The notes under the pieces were generated by a model. The model was not told where the DNA came from. It did no database searches and saw only the letters and a program-made list of their open reading frames with translations. This document shows, in pieces, positions 9,602 to 18,807 of a DNA stretch of 64,000 nucleotides. The stretch covers positions 1,600,001 to 1,664,000 of the forward strand of contig OY969811.1 of assembly GCA_963703315.1 (NCBI GenBank). Direction: 5' to 3'. This DNA is from an uncultured cyanobacterium. Lineage in GTDB: Bacteria > Cyanobacteriota > Cyanobacteriia > Pseudanabaenales > Pseudanabaenaceae. The position numbers were made by a program, and so were the translations under genes. Numbering within the stretch: the first letter of the stretch is position 1; every line of letters starts with the position of its first letter.

Positions 9602-10228
9602 CTAATGAAACAAAGGAAGTAACTGATAAGTTTCGCTTTCGTAAATAATGTAAATTCCTAAAGCAATCAATACAAAAGGCACGATCGCATCACTATATTG
9701 TGAGAGAAATTTGGCGATCGCATGGTGACTGCTGATACTTTTGGCGGCATAACACCAAACCATGATCAGAATCAAAAAAGTAGCGATCGTGATCGAAAGA
9801 GAAATAGCATTGCTACTGGCAAATAAAGGAACATAAATGCCAATATTGTCCCCCCCATTCGCAAAGGTCACCGCCGCCACATGATAGCTCTGCGGCGCAA
9901 TCAAAGGTGATTTTCCCTGCTCAGGAATCGCGCAAGTTTGCACAGTTACTTCTTCTTGGTGCTTGAATAGATGTTTGATACCGATCGCGATCGGTAATAG
10001 TCCTAATAAACCAATCCATTTATGGTCAATAATTAAGCCGCCAAAGTACCCCGGTAAACTGGCGAGAATCAAAGCGACAAAGCCTAGATATTGACCAATG
10101 AGAATATGACGTGGACGAAATTTATCATCGACTTGAGCAAAAAAAATCGTGAGAATGAGAATATCATCGATATTAGTGGCGGTAAAAGCGGCGATCGCAA
10201 TTCCCACAGTACCGATGATCAATTCCAT
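9602..10228 (-). CDS. CadD-family (LysE superfamily) transporter, paralog 1
   Basis: ATNIDD, GQYLGF, ANGGDNIGIYVPLF. Confidence 0.9.
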   Translation of the reverse strand: MELIIGTVGIAIAAFTATNIDDILILTIFFAQVDDKFRPRHILIGQYLGFVALILASLPGYFGGLIIDHKWIGLLGLLPIAIGIKHLFKHQEEVTVQTCAIPEQGKSPLIAPQSYHVAAVTFANGGDNIGIYVPLFASSNAISLSITIATFLILIMVWCYAAKSISSHHAIAKFLSQYSDAIVPFVLIALGIYIIYESETYQLLPLFH

Positions 10229-10395
10229 ATTTTTACCTCAAGCTAATAGACAAGTAGAGTTCGTATTCATTTTATCGCTAGTTCAGCAACCTTTGAGATT
10301 GCAAGGCACAAACCCCTTATATAACGGTCAATTTGCGGTGTTTGAGAGTGCTGTAAGATTATTTTTCTGGACTTATTGATGTTTTTAGAGACCGC

Positions 10396-11328
10396 ATGAC
10401 GCTCGAACAATTACGCATTTTTTTAGCAGTTGCTGAACATTTACATTTCACCCGTGCCGCCGAAGAACTCTACATCACGCAACCTGCGGTCAGCGCTGCC
10501 GTTCAAAGTTTGGAAGAGAGTTATGGAGTCAGACTTTTTCATCGGATTGGTCGCCATATCGAAATCACGGAGGCGGGGATCTTGTTACAAGCAGAAGCGA
10601 AGGATATTCTCGATCGCGTCAAGTTGATGGAGAGAGGCTTGCGCGAGCTAAATGATTTGCAACGGGGAGAATTAAAACTAGGAACAAGTCTCACGATTGG
10701 TAACTATTGGCTACCTGCCAAAATCAGCCAATTTCAGGAGCGATATCCAAATATTAATATCAAATGTACTTTAGCGAATACTGAAGAAATTTGTGATGGA
10801 ACCGTTGCGGGTTTATTTGATATAGGTTTAGTGGAAGCAGAAGTCAAACCTTCGCTACAAAAAATCTTGGACAAAGAAGAAATTGGTAGCGATCGCCTAT
10901 TAATTGTGGTTGGGAAATCTCATCCTTGGTATAACCGCCAACAAATTACGGTTGATGAATTAACGGAAACTGCGTGGGTGATGCGGGAATCTGGATCAGG
11001 GACACAGCAAGTATTTGAACAGGCTTTGCAAAACTGGGGGATCGATCTTGCTCAGTTGAAGATTATGTTAGTGCTGAGCAGTGGCGAAATGGTGAAATCA
11101 GCGATCGAAAGTAGTCTGAGGGCGGCGGCAATTTCGGAACTCATGGTACAAAAAGAATTTCAATTAGGAACATTACGTCCTGTAAAAGTGGTGAATGGAG
11201 ATCGCACTAATCCCCTTGATATAGCGCCCCTTGAGATTGCACGAACATTTCTAAAACTCAAACATAACAAGCGTTTTCAAACAAGGATCGCCAAAGTCTT
11301 TGGCGAAATTTTACTGCAACAATCGTAG
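10396..11328 (+). CDS. LysR family transcriptional regulator (CysL/YeiE-like)
   Basis: HTH HFTRAAEELYITQPAVS, MRESGSGT in the substrate-binding domain. Confidence 0.92.
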   Translation: MTLEQLRIFLAVAEHLHFTRAAEELYITQPAVSAAVQSLEESYGVRLFHRIGRHIEITEAGILLQAEAKDILDRVKLMERGLRELNDLQRGELKLGTSLTIGNYWLPAKISQFQERYPNINIKCTLANTEEICDGTVAGLFDIGLVEAEVKPSLQKILDKEEIGSDRLLIVVGKSHPWYNRQQITVDELTETAWVMRESGSGTQQVFEQALQNWGIDLAQLKIMLVLSSGEMVKSAIESSLRAAAISELMVQKEFQLGTLRPVKVVNGDRTNPLDIAPLEIARTFLKLKHNKRFQTRIAKVFGEILLQQS

Positions 11329-11336
11329 CCAAACAT

Positions 11337-11999
11337 CTAGACAGGCAAGAGTAATTTGTAAGACTGAGCTTTAACGAAAATAGAGAGTCCTAAATAAATC
11401 AAGATTAAAGGACAAATCTTACTGCCATAGCGAGCGACCAAAGCCGAAATTCCGGGAAAACGGGTCAAGCTATAGGAGCAGCAACACCAGAAACCAACAG
11501 TCATGTAGCACATGGTCAAAATTACCCCAAGGCTAGGTAAGCTGCTGCTAGCAAACAACGGCACATAGACGGCAATATTGTTACCACCATTAGAGACATG
11601 GACGGCAGTAACTCGATGGGTTTTGGGATCGCGCAGGGTTGACCATAATGATTGCTTGATGCGAGGTCTACCAACTTCTGTATGTACTTTCTCTACTTCT
11701 TCAACAATATCGTGATCACCATCATCGCCTTTGCCGAGTAATTGATTGATGCCAATGATGATTGGTAAGCAACCAAGCAGACCGAGCCACATATCGGGAA
11801 TCACCAGACCGACGAAGAAGCCAATCATACTGATGCCAACTAAGATTGTGAATCCTAGAAATTCCCCAGCGACAACATGACGAGGACGAAAAGTACGACT
11901 TACTTTTCCAAAAAATGATGTGAGGTAAATATTATCGTCAAGGGTGGTTGCTACTGCTACTGCGATTCCTGTGGCGATCGTTCCTTCTAACCAACTCAT
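11337..11999 (-). CDS. CadD-family transporter, paralog 2 (divergent motifs)
   Basis: ATTLDD, GEFLGF, SNGGNNIAVYVPLF. Confidence 0.88.
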   Translation of the reverse strand: MSWLEGTIATGIAVAVATTLDDNIYLTSFFGKVSRTFRPRHVVAGEFLGFTILVGISMIGFFVGLVIPDMWLGLLGCLPIIIGINQLLGKGDDGDHDIVEEVEKVHTEVGRPRIKQSLWSTLRDPKTHRVTAVHVSNGGNNIAVYVPLFASSSLPSLGVILTMCYMTVGFWCCCSYSLTRFPGISALVARYGSKICPLILIYLGLSIFVKAQSYKLLLPV

Positions 12000-12059
12000 C
12001 TTGAATCTTTCCTTTTTGACTTCTTTTGTGTATTAATTTCATCCTATCTGTCTCTTCCA

Positions 12060-12105
12060 ATAGAAACAAATGTTCTTTTTTGTTGAAATGATAAACAAAG
12101 GTTAT
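12060..12105 (-). promoter_or_regulatory. LysR-type control element upstream of cadD paralog 2
   Basis: Contains ATAA-N7-TTAT (12091-12105); 34/46 identical to the reverse complement of 12318-12363. Confidence 0.6.
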
Positions 12106-12317
12106 GGATAAATTCTACGGATCAACAATATGTAGACATACTTTTTTAATACACAAATAAACCAGTCATGATTTAGCTGCTAATCAAAATTAAGTATTTG
12201 CTATAAACTTTACTGAATAAAGCTTTCAATAAGTGGTTACTATATTTAGTGGCGATCGCTTAATCATAAAAATTACAAAATTTAGATGTCATTCTTGTTG
12301 CTCAAATCACACAATCA

Positions 12318-12363
12318 ATTACTTAAAGTTATCGTTTTAAAAAGAAAGAACATTTGATTTTAT
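12318..12363 (+). promoter_or_regulatory. LysR-type control element upstream of cadD paralog 3
   Basis: ATTA-N7-TTAT plus AAAGAACATTTG; inverted counterpart of 12060-12105. Confidence 0.6.
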
Positions 12364-12461
12364 CGGTTGTAATCTCTATATTGATGACATCGCAAATACA
12401 GATTTTCCTAAAGAGAATTCCCCTCTTTTAACTGAAGGATTCCGTTAATTAGAAATAAATT

Positions 12462-13184
12462 ATGAATGCTCTACTAACCTCAATTCCCACCGCACTTACC
12501 GCCTTTACTGCCACCAATCTGGATGACGTGTTGATTCTGTTACTTTTTTTCTCCCAAGTCAGCACGTCATTTCGGAAACGGCATATTGTTCTCGGTCAGT
12601 ACCTCGGCTTTGGGGCGCTGGTAGTGGCTAGCCTCTCTGGATACTTTGGCGGCTTACTCATGCCTAGAGATTGGATTGGGATGTTAGGAATATTACCAAT
12701 TGCGATCGGGCTAAATCGCTTGTTTATTCCTGAATCTGAGGAGACAGAAGCAGAAAATCAACCTGAACCATCAAATTCTTGGTTATCTAATTTACTTTCT
12801 CCCCAAGTCTATAGTGTGGCTGCGGTCACCTTTGCCAATGGCGGTGACAATGTGGGGATTTATGTTCCTCTCTTTGCCAGTGCCACGTGGGAGAGCTTAC
12901 TCGTCATCCTCAGTGTCTTCTTCTCGATGGTGGGCGTGTGGTGCTATACGGCTTATCGATTAATCCAAGTTCCTGCGATCGCTGATGCACTCAACCGTTA
13001 TGGTAACTACCTTGTGCCATTTGTATTGATTGGTTTAGGCATCTTGATCATGATTGATAGTCATACCTTAGAAAATCGTGGTTTAGCTGTCCTTAGTCTC
13101 GTCATTGGTGGATTAGTTGTGCTGAATCTTGGTCGCAATATCTCTGAACTAAACACTAAAGATCCTCAACTAGATCGCATTTAA
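12462..13184 (+). CDS. CadD-family transporter, paralog 3
   Basis: ATNLDD, GQYLGF, ANGGDNVGIYVPLF. Confidence 0.9.
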   Translation: MNALLTSIPTALTAFTATNLDDVLILLLFFSQVSTSFRKRHIVLGQYLGFGALVVASLSGYFGGLLMPRDWIGMLGILPIAIGLNRLFIPESEETEAENQPEPSNSWLSNLLSPQVYSVAAVTFANGGDNVGIYVPLFASATWESLLVILSVFFSMVGVWCYTAYRLIQVPAIADALNRYGNYLVPFVLIGLGILIMIDSHTLENRGLAVLSLVIGGLVVLNLGRNISELNTKDPQLDRI

Positions 13185-13218
13185 TCAAATGTCCACTTAC
13201 TTTACCAATAGAAAAACC

Positions 13219-13779
13219 ATGAAACTCATTCAAACTCTACTCGTTACCTTAGTGGTGCTGTTTAATTTAGCGATCGCCCAACCATCTTTCGCCGATAAGC
13301 CACCTGTGACTCGCAATCCTGACTATATCTCAGTTACTGAAGAACTAGCCAAGGCAACCGATCCCACTGAAATTGCCAAACTTCAGTTTGAGAAATACAT
13401 CATCGAAACAGGTGAGTCCTTTGCGGAATGTCGTAATTTAACCAATGCGCCTCTAATTGTTTACGGCAAAAAATCTAAACTCGATCAGTCTACTTTTGAC
13501 AATGCCCTCTATGTGCTACCTGCTGGCAAAACCACGAATGAAGATTGGAACTGTCAAGGGATTTATCTAGCTAATGGCTTGAATAATGATGGTCAACCTG
13601 TTGCCGTCAAAATCGTGACTGGCACTCAATTAGTCGCCAAATCTAACCCTGAAACTGGAGCATTAGAACTAAATATTCCTGCTGCGAATATCTTCAAGTC
13701 TGGAGATGTTAATTGGTCAATTCCTGATACTGCTGAAGCCTTGGCAGCAGTGCAACCAACCCAAGCTCCATTAGACTAA
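13219..13779 (+). CDS. Exported hypothetical protein
   Basis: Signal peptide MKLIQTLLVTLVVLFNLAIAQPSFA; Cys pair; directly downstream of cadD paralog 3. Confidence 0.75.
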   Translation: MKLIQTLLVTLVVLFNLAIAQPSFADKPPVTRNPDYISVTEELAKATDPTEIAKLQFEKYIIETGESFAECRNLTNAPLIVYGKKSKLDQSTFDNALYVLPAGKTTNEDWNCQGIYLANGLNNDGQPVAVKIVTGTQLVAKSNPETGALELNIPAANIFKSGDVNWSIPDTAEALAAVQPTQAPLD

Positions 13780-13807
13780 TAATTTTTATACTGCTTTGCG
13801 CTCAAAC

Positions 13808-13931
13808 CTGAACCAAGAATTTTTGTAAAAGTGTTGCGAAGCAACACTTTTACAAAAATTCTTGGGGTTCATTTGATCGGAAATTGCTGTAAGAAAGGAA
13901 GTGCCGCGCTATGCGCGGCACTTCCTTTCGG
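13808..13931. repeat. Two adjacent REP-like palindromes (GCGAAGC and GCTATGC apices)
   Basis: AAGAATTTTTGTAAAAGTGTTGC-GAA-GCAACACTTTTACAAAAATTCTT and AAAGGAAGTGCCGCGC-TAT-GCGCGGCACTTCCTTT. Confidence 0.75.
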
Positions 13932-14086
13932 TTCTACATTCCACGCTTTATAACCGTCATTTAGATAAGCCTCTAATCTCCTGTAGGTAAGGATTTTTAA
14001 TCTTTTTACACAGGAGATTTTTCCTATATAATCTTGAGAAGAAATGCTTGCTAAACAAGAAATATAGAAGATCCCCAAGTCCTACG

Positions 14087-14515
14087 ATGCAGCTATTGTT
14101 CAAACCAAAAAAAGATATTGATGAGAAAACCCTTTTAGGTAAGCAAAACCCTAATCGTGTCCGCGATCATTTAGCAAATGAAAGAACTTATTTGTCATGG
14201 ATGCGAATGGCGATCGCCCTATTAGGGGTGGGTGTAATCGTCGTCCGTCTTCGCATTTTACGTCCACCGATGCTGCCTGCCCCCGGAAATGGTTGGCGAT
14301 TAGGATTAGCATTTGCGGTGATTGGACTTTTAACTGTATGGCTTTCCACACATCATTATTTTGCTGTCCGCCACGACATTGACGCAGACACATTTGATCC
14401 GCCCGATCGCTGGGTTGTCTTATTCAGTCTGGCAATCACTTTGATCGGTGCAGCCGTAATCTACTACGTTTTTGCGGCTCCCCTCGAACAAATGGGTTTA
14501 GTTATTCCCGATTGA
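14087..14515 (+). CDS. YidH/DUF202 family membrane protein
   Basis: RDHLANERTYLSWMR motif, three TM helices. Confidence 0.88.
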   Translation: MQLLFKPKKDIDEKTLLGKQNPNRVRDHLANERTYLSWMRMAIALLGVGVIVVRLRILRPPMLPAPGNGWRLGLAFAVIGLLTVWLSTHHYFAVRHDIDADTFDPPDRWVVLFSLAITLIGAAVIYYVFAAPLEQMGLVIPD

Positions 14516-15593
14516 ATGGAATCAAAATCGAGATCTTAGTCCCTAAATCTTCTTGGCTATGAATATCGATATGACCTCCATAAAACTCAACTAAGGTCTT
14601 GGCTAGTGATAAGCCTAGACCCATACCTTGCTGTTCGTAAAACTGGCGCTCAAATTGAATAAATGCGCCAATACTACTAATTTGCTGTTGATTCATGCCA
14701 CGCCCATGATCTTGGATGACAAAGCTCCATTGATTTTCCATTACATTACTCGTGACAACAACTTTGCTTCCTTTAGGGGAATATTTGAAAGCATTATCAA
14801 TTAACTCTTCCGTAATTTTAACTAAATCTTCTGAAGAAATATCGAGATCAAATTCTGTGAGACTTAACTCTAAGTCTTCTAGGCGATCGCCTTCTCTAGC
14901 TTTGCGATCGGCAATATTGCTAATCAGCATTTGACTATTGCACGGATAGCTAGCTGTAAATCTGGACTGACCCTGCGATCGCATGACCAATAACTTGGCA
15001 TAGAGCAAGTAGTTTTGGATGAGTCGATGGAGTCGCTGAGCAGAATGATGAATTCCTTGAGCATATTCATGAATTTCCGTAGGCAGCATCTCTTCACTTT
15101 GCATCACCATCAGTTCTGACAGACCCATAATGCCTGAGAGGGGAGTCTGTAACTCATGGGGCAGCGATAGAGTAATGCTACTCCGTAAGGCTTCCATCCT
15201 ATCTTCCATGTGTTGAGTGATCGCCTTTTGTTTACCTAGACGCACGGCGATCGCTTGGAGTAATTCATCTCTTGTGCAGGGCTTTTCTAAATAATCATCT
15301 GCACCCAGTGCCATGCCACGACGATTACTCCGACGATCCATCATCGAAGTCAAAAACAAAAAAGGTACAGTCTTTAGCTCTTTATCTTTCCGTACCTGCT
15401 CAAGGACTTCATAACCGTTCAGGATTGGCATCATCACATCACAAAGAATTAAATCGGGCTGTTTTTGACTTGCCAGATTGACACCTTTTTCACCATTTTC
15501 GGCAGTAATTACCTCAAATCCTTCTACCAAAAGCAGATCTTCTAAGGACTCACGAATTAAGTCTTCATCTTCGATAACTAATATGCGTGTCAT
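14502..15593 (-). CDS. Hybrid response regulator-histidine kinase (REC-HisKA-HATPase)
   Basis: ILVIEDE, CDVMMP, LPHELQTPL, DNAFKYS, DHGRGM, GMGLGL. Confidence 0.92.
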   Translation of the reverse strand: MTRILVIEDEDLIRESLEDLLLVEGFEVITAENGEKGVNLASQKQPDLILCDVMMPILNGYEVLEQVRKDKELKTVPFLFLTSMMDRRSNRRGMALGADDYLEKPCTRDELLQAIAVRLGKQKAITQHMEDRMEALRSSITLSLPHELQTPLSGIMGLSELMVMQSEEMLPTEIHEYAQGIHHSAQRLHRLIQNYLLYAKLLVMRSQGQSRFTASYPCNSQMLISNIADRKAREGDRLEDLELSLTEFDLDISSEDLVKITEELIDNAFKYSPKGSKVVVTSNVMENQWSFVIQDHGRGMNQQQISSIGAFIQFERQFYEQQGMGLGLSLAKTLVEFYGGHIDIHSQEDLGTKISILIPFNRE

Positions 15594-15685
15594 ACTTTTG
15601 TTTGCTTTTATTCATATATTACCCACTAATTATTCTTAGATTACTTAAGCTCAGATTAAATTTACATCTGTCGCCAGTCTTGTTA

Positions 15686-15771
15686 AGACACAAACCCCAG
15701 AAGTGAGTGGCGGCGCAAAGCGCCGCCACTCACTTCTGGGGTTTTGTGGTGCGGCTTTGCCGAACCACAAA
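15686..15771. repeat. REP-like palindromes with GCAAAGC/GCTTTGC apices
   Basis: ACAAAACCCCAGAAGTGAGTGGCGGCGC-AAA-GCGCCGCCACTCACTTCTGGGGTTTTGT followed by a smaller hairpin. Confidence 0.75.
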
Positions 15772-16872
15772 CTATCCTTTACGGTTATGGTCTAGCAAAA
15801 TTGTAAAAATTGCGCCTTTCGGTTGATTGTTCGTTACAGAAATTGAGCCTTGATGAGCCTCAATGATCATTTTGCAAAAAGATAGCCCTAAGCCTATTTG
15901 GGAAACTCCCAGTACAATATTACCGACTTCATACTTTTCAAAAATTACTTGTTTCTGCTCTGGGCTGACTCCCATTCCACTATCAATTACTTGAATTTGA
16001 ATTAAATCTTGGCGATCAGGATTTTGGGGTAAACGTTCTATTTTGATCATAATTGAACTTTGCTGCGGAGAGAACTTAATTGCGTTGTCCACTAAGTTGT
16101 CTAATACGCGGCGAATTAAAGGAATATCACCATAAATATAGGCTGGCTCTGGGGGGAATTCTCCTAGTAGTTGAATTTGCTTATTAATGGCTATTGGTTT
16201 CAAATCGTAGATGACCGATTTTGCCATTTCCGTAATATTGATCGCTGTACAATTGAGGATCAGTCTATTGGCTTCAATTCTACCTATGGTCAAAATATCA
16301 TCAATCAGCAGACGCATTTGCTCAATCGTATACTTAATCTGATTCATTCTCTTCTTAGCGCGTTCAGGCATCTCTAAACCCTTGAGAGAATCACAGCCTA
16401 GTAAGATCCCAATTAAAGGATTGCGAAGATCATGAACAATGGTTTGCATCATTTCTTCACGCAAAGTCATCGTATTTTGAATGAGATCATATTGAGCCTT
16501 GATTCGCAACATCGATCGCACACGGGCGCGGAGTTCAGTGCTATTAATCGGTTTGCTAATAAAATCATCGGCTCCTGCATCGAGACAACGGGCTAAATCT
16601 TCTTTGTCGGAGAGGGCAGTAATGATAATAATCGGAATATGTTGCCATTGACGATTATTTTTGAGATGCTGACAGACCTCAATGCCGTCCATTTCTGGCA
16701 TCATTACATCTAGTAAAATCAGGTCAGGGTTAATTGTGGCAAGAGACGCGATCGCATTTGCCCCATTGTTTTGATGATGAAGCACATATCCTTCTTTAAA
16801 TAGCAAAATTTCAATTACATCAAAATTAGCTGGTTCATCATCTACGACTAAAATAACTGGTTTATTTCCCAT
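15772..16872 (-). CDS. Hybrid response regulator-histidine kinase
   Basis: LVVDDE, LDVMMP, VHDLRNPL, DNAIKFS, DSGMG, GLGLSFC. Confidence 0.92.
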   Translation of the reverse strand: MGNKPVILVVDDEPANFDVIEILLFKEGYVLHHQNNGANAIASLATINPDLILLDVMMPEMDGIEVCQHLKNNRQWQHIPIIIITALSDKEDLARCLDAGADDFISKPINSTELRARVRSMLRIKAQYDLIQNTMTLREEMMQTIVHDLRNPLIGILLGCDSLKGLEMPERAKKRMNQIKYTIEQMRLLIDDILTIGRIEANRLILNCTAINITEMAKSVIYDLKPIAINKQIQLLGEFPPEPAYIYGDIPLIRRVLDNLVDNAIKFSPQQSSIMIKIERLPQNPDRQDLIQIQVIDSGMGVSPEQKQVIFEKYEVGNIVLGVSQIGLGLSFCKMIIEAHQGSISVTNNQPKGAIFTILLDHNRKG

Positions 16873-16998
16873 ACTTTTTATATATAAGCTAGGATTGCCT
16901 AACACTTGTCTAGTAGATCAACTCTAAAACCGATGACACAAGCTGCGCGATCGCCACAGGTGTTTGGGTTTTATATTTTAATTATGCCTACTCACTTA

Positions 16999-17093
16999 TA
17001 TAGCGCTTTTCAAGCAAGCGAGGTACAGAGGATTGTTTCCCCGCCGAAGGCGGGGAAACAATCCCGTACTTCACTAGACTGTGAAACGCTATA
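16999..17093. repeat. MITE-like element with TATAGCG...CGCTATA ends
   Basis: Terminal inverted repeats; central hairpin GATTGTTTCCCCGCC-GAA-GGCGGGGAAACAATC. Confidence 0.7.
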
Positions 17094-17174
17094 TAGACAT
17101 GGTTAACTGACTGCACTTTCTATTTTGACAGGTTTTCATTTACCATGACTTAAGATATTTCGCGGAATCAGCCC

Positions 17175-18761
17175 ATGACTTCAGATGTCAAAACCTTAGC
17201 AGCGATCGATGTTGGTACAAATTCCATTCACATGGTGATTGTGCAGATCCAGACTTCAATCCCTAGTTTTAGTGTAATTGAGTCCGAAAAGGCAACCGTG
17301 AGACTAGGGGAACGCTGCGCTCAAACAGGGAATTTGACTGAAGACGCAATGCGGCGATCGCTGGAAGCTTTAAAACGATGTCAGGAGATTTGTCGTACCT
17401 TTAAGGTTGAGGAGATCATCGCAGTTGCCACGAGTGCCACTCGCGAGGCTCCTAATGGTCATGATTTTATACGGCGCATTTCTGAAGAATTAGGCTTACA
17501 TATTGAAGTTATTTCTGGTCAAGAGGAAGCCCGCCGCATTTATTTGGGCGTAATTTCTGCGATGAATCTTAAAGATGAGCCACATCTATTAGTTGATATT
17601 GGTGGTGGTTCGACGGAAATTATTTTAGGGGATGGTCGCGATCCGATGTATCTCAGTAGTACGAAGATTGGCGCAGTCCGTTTAACAGATTTATTTGTGA
17701 AGAGCGATCCCATTTCGCCAACGGAATACGATCGCCTCTTGGGTTATATTTTGGGTTCGATTGAGCGTCCGACCGATGACTTGCGATTGTTACTTAAAGA
17801 TAAACTGGAAGGCAAGACCTTAAAGGCGATCGGCACATCAGGTACGATTGAGACTCTGGCAACTCTCCATGCTAAAGAAAAAACAGGTGTTGTTCCTAAT
17901 CCTCTCCAAGGTTATGAGATTCCTTTTGCAGATTTAGAAAATCTGGTCTGGCGCTTACGTCGGGCAACTTTGGAGGAACGCACGGCAATGGTACGGCAAA
18001 AGCGAGCCGAAATTATTTTAGCAGGGGCGTTAGTTCTCTTAGAAACGATGCGGCTCTTGGGAGTGCCGAAAATCACCCTCTGTCAGCGAGCTTTGCGTGA
18101 AGGATTGGTTGTCGATTGGATGATCCGTCATGGCTATATCGAGGATGGCTGGAAATATCAAAGCTCGATTCGCGATCGCAGCATTCTCAAGCTAGCGAAT
18201 AAATATGGCATTAATCTCCAATATGCGAACCAAGTAGCTGACCATGCTCTCAGTCTGTTTGACCAGACTAAGGGAATCTTTCATGAATGGGATGAGGAAG
18301 ATCGTCATTTGCTCTGGGCGGCGGCAATCTTACATAATTCAGGACATCATGTCAGTCATGATGCTCACCACAAGCATTCCTACTATCTGATTCGCAATGG
18401 TGAATTATTGGGTTATACCGAGTCAGAAATTGAGGCGATCGCCAATCTTGCCCGCTATCACCGTAAGAGTGAACCCAAGAAAAAGCATGACAATTTTCAA
18501 CGTCTAGACAGTGAGCGTCAAAAATCATTCATTCGTCAAGCCAGTACATTTTTACGTCTAGCCACAGCCCTAGATCGGCGGCAAATAGGGGCGATCGCCG
18601 CGATTCATGTAGTTTGCAATCCGCGCACCCGTGCCTGCTCCTTACAACTCACGCCCAAACAAGCTAACGATCCCTGTACCTTAGAGCTTTGGAGTCTTGA
18701 TTATAAAAAGCAACCCTTTGAAGCCCAATTTAACGTTACGCTGTCAGTATCCTTATGTTAG
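17175..18761 (+). CDS. ppx: Exopolyphosphatase Ppx/GppA
   Basis: AAIDVGTNSIH, VATSATREA, DIGGGSTE, ALREG, HD-like C-terminal domain. Confidence 0.93.
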   Translation: MTSDVKTLAAIDVGTNSIHMVIVQIQTSIPSFSVIESEKATVRLGERCAQTGNLTEDAMRRSLEALKRCQEICRTFKVEEIIAVATSATREAPNGHDFIRRISEELGLHIEVISGQEEARRIYLGVISAMNLKDEPHLLVDIGGGSTEIILGDGRDPMYLSSTKIGAVRLTDLFVKSDPISPTEYDRLLGYILGSIERPTDDLRLLLKDKLEGKTLKAIGTSGTIETLATLHAKEKTGVVPNPLQGYEIPFADLENLVWRLRRATLEERTAMVRQKRAEIILAGALVLLETMRLLGVPKITLCQRALREGLVVDWMIRHGYIEDGWKYQSSIRDRSILKLANKYGINLQYANQVADHALSLFDQTKGIFHEWDEEDRHLLWAAAILHNSGHHVSHDAHHKHSYYLIRNGELLGYTESEIEAIANLARYHRKSEPKKKHDNFQRLDSERQKSFIRQASTFLRLATALDRRQIGAIAAIHVVCNPRTRACSLQLTPKQANDPCTLELWSLDYKKQPFEAQFNVTLSVSLC

Positions 18762-18807
18762 ATAGGGTTGGCGCTTTGCGCCAACCCTATCTGTTGAGAT
18801 TTACATT

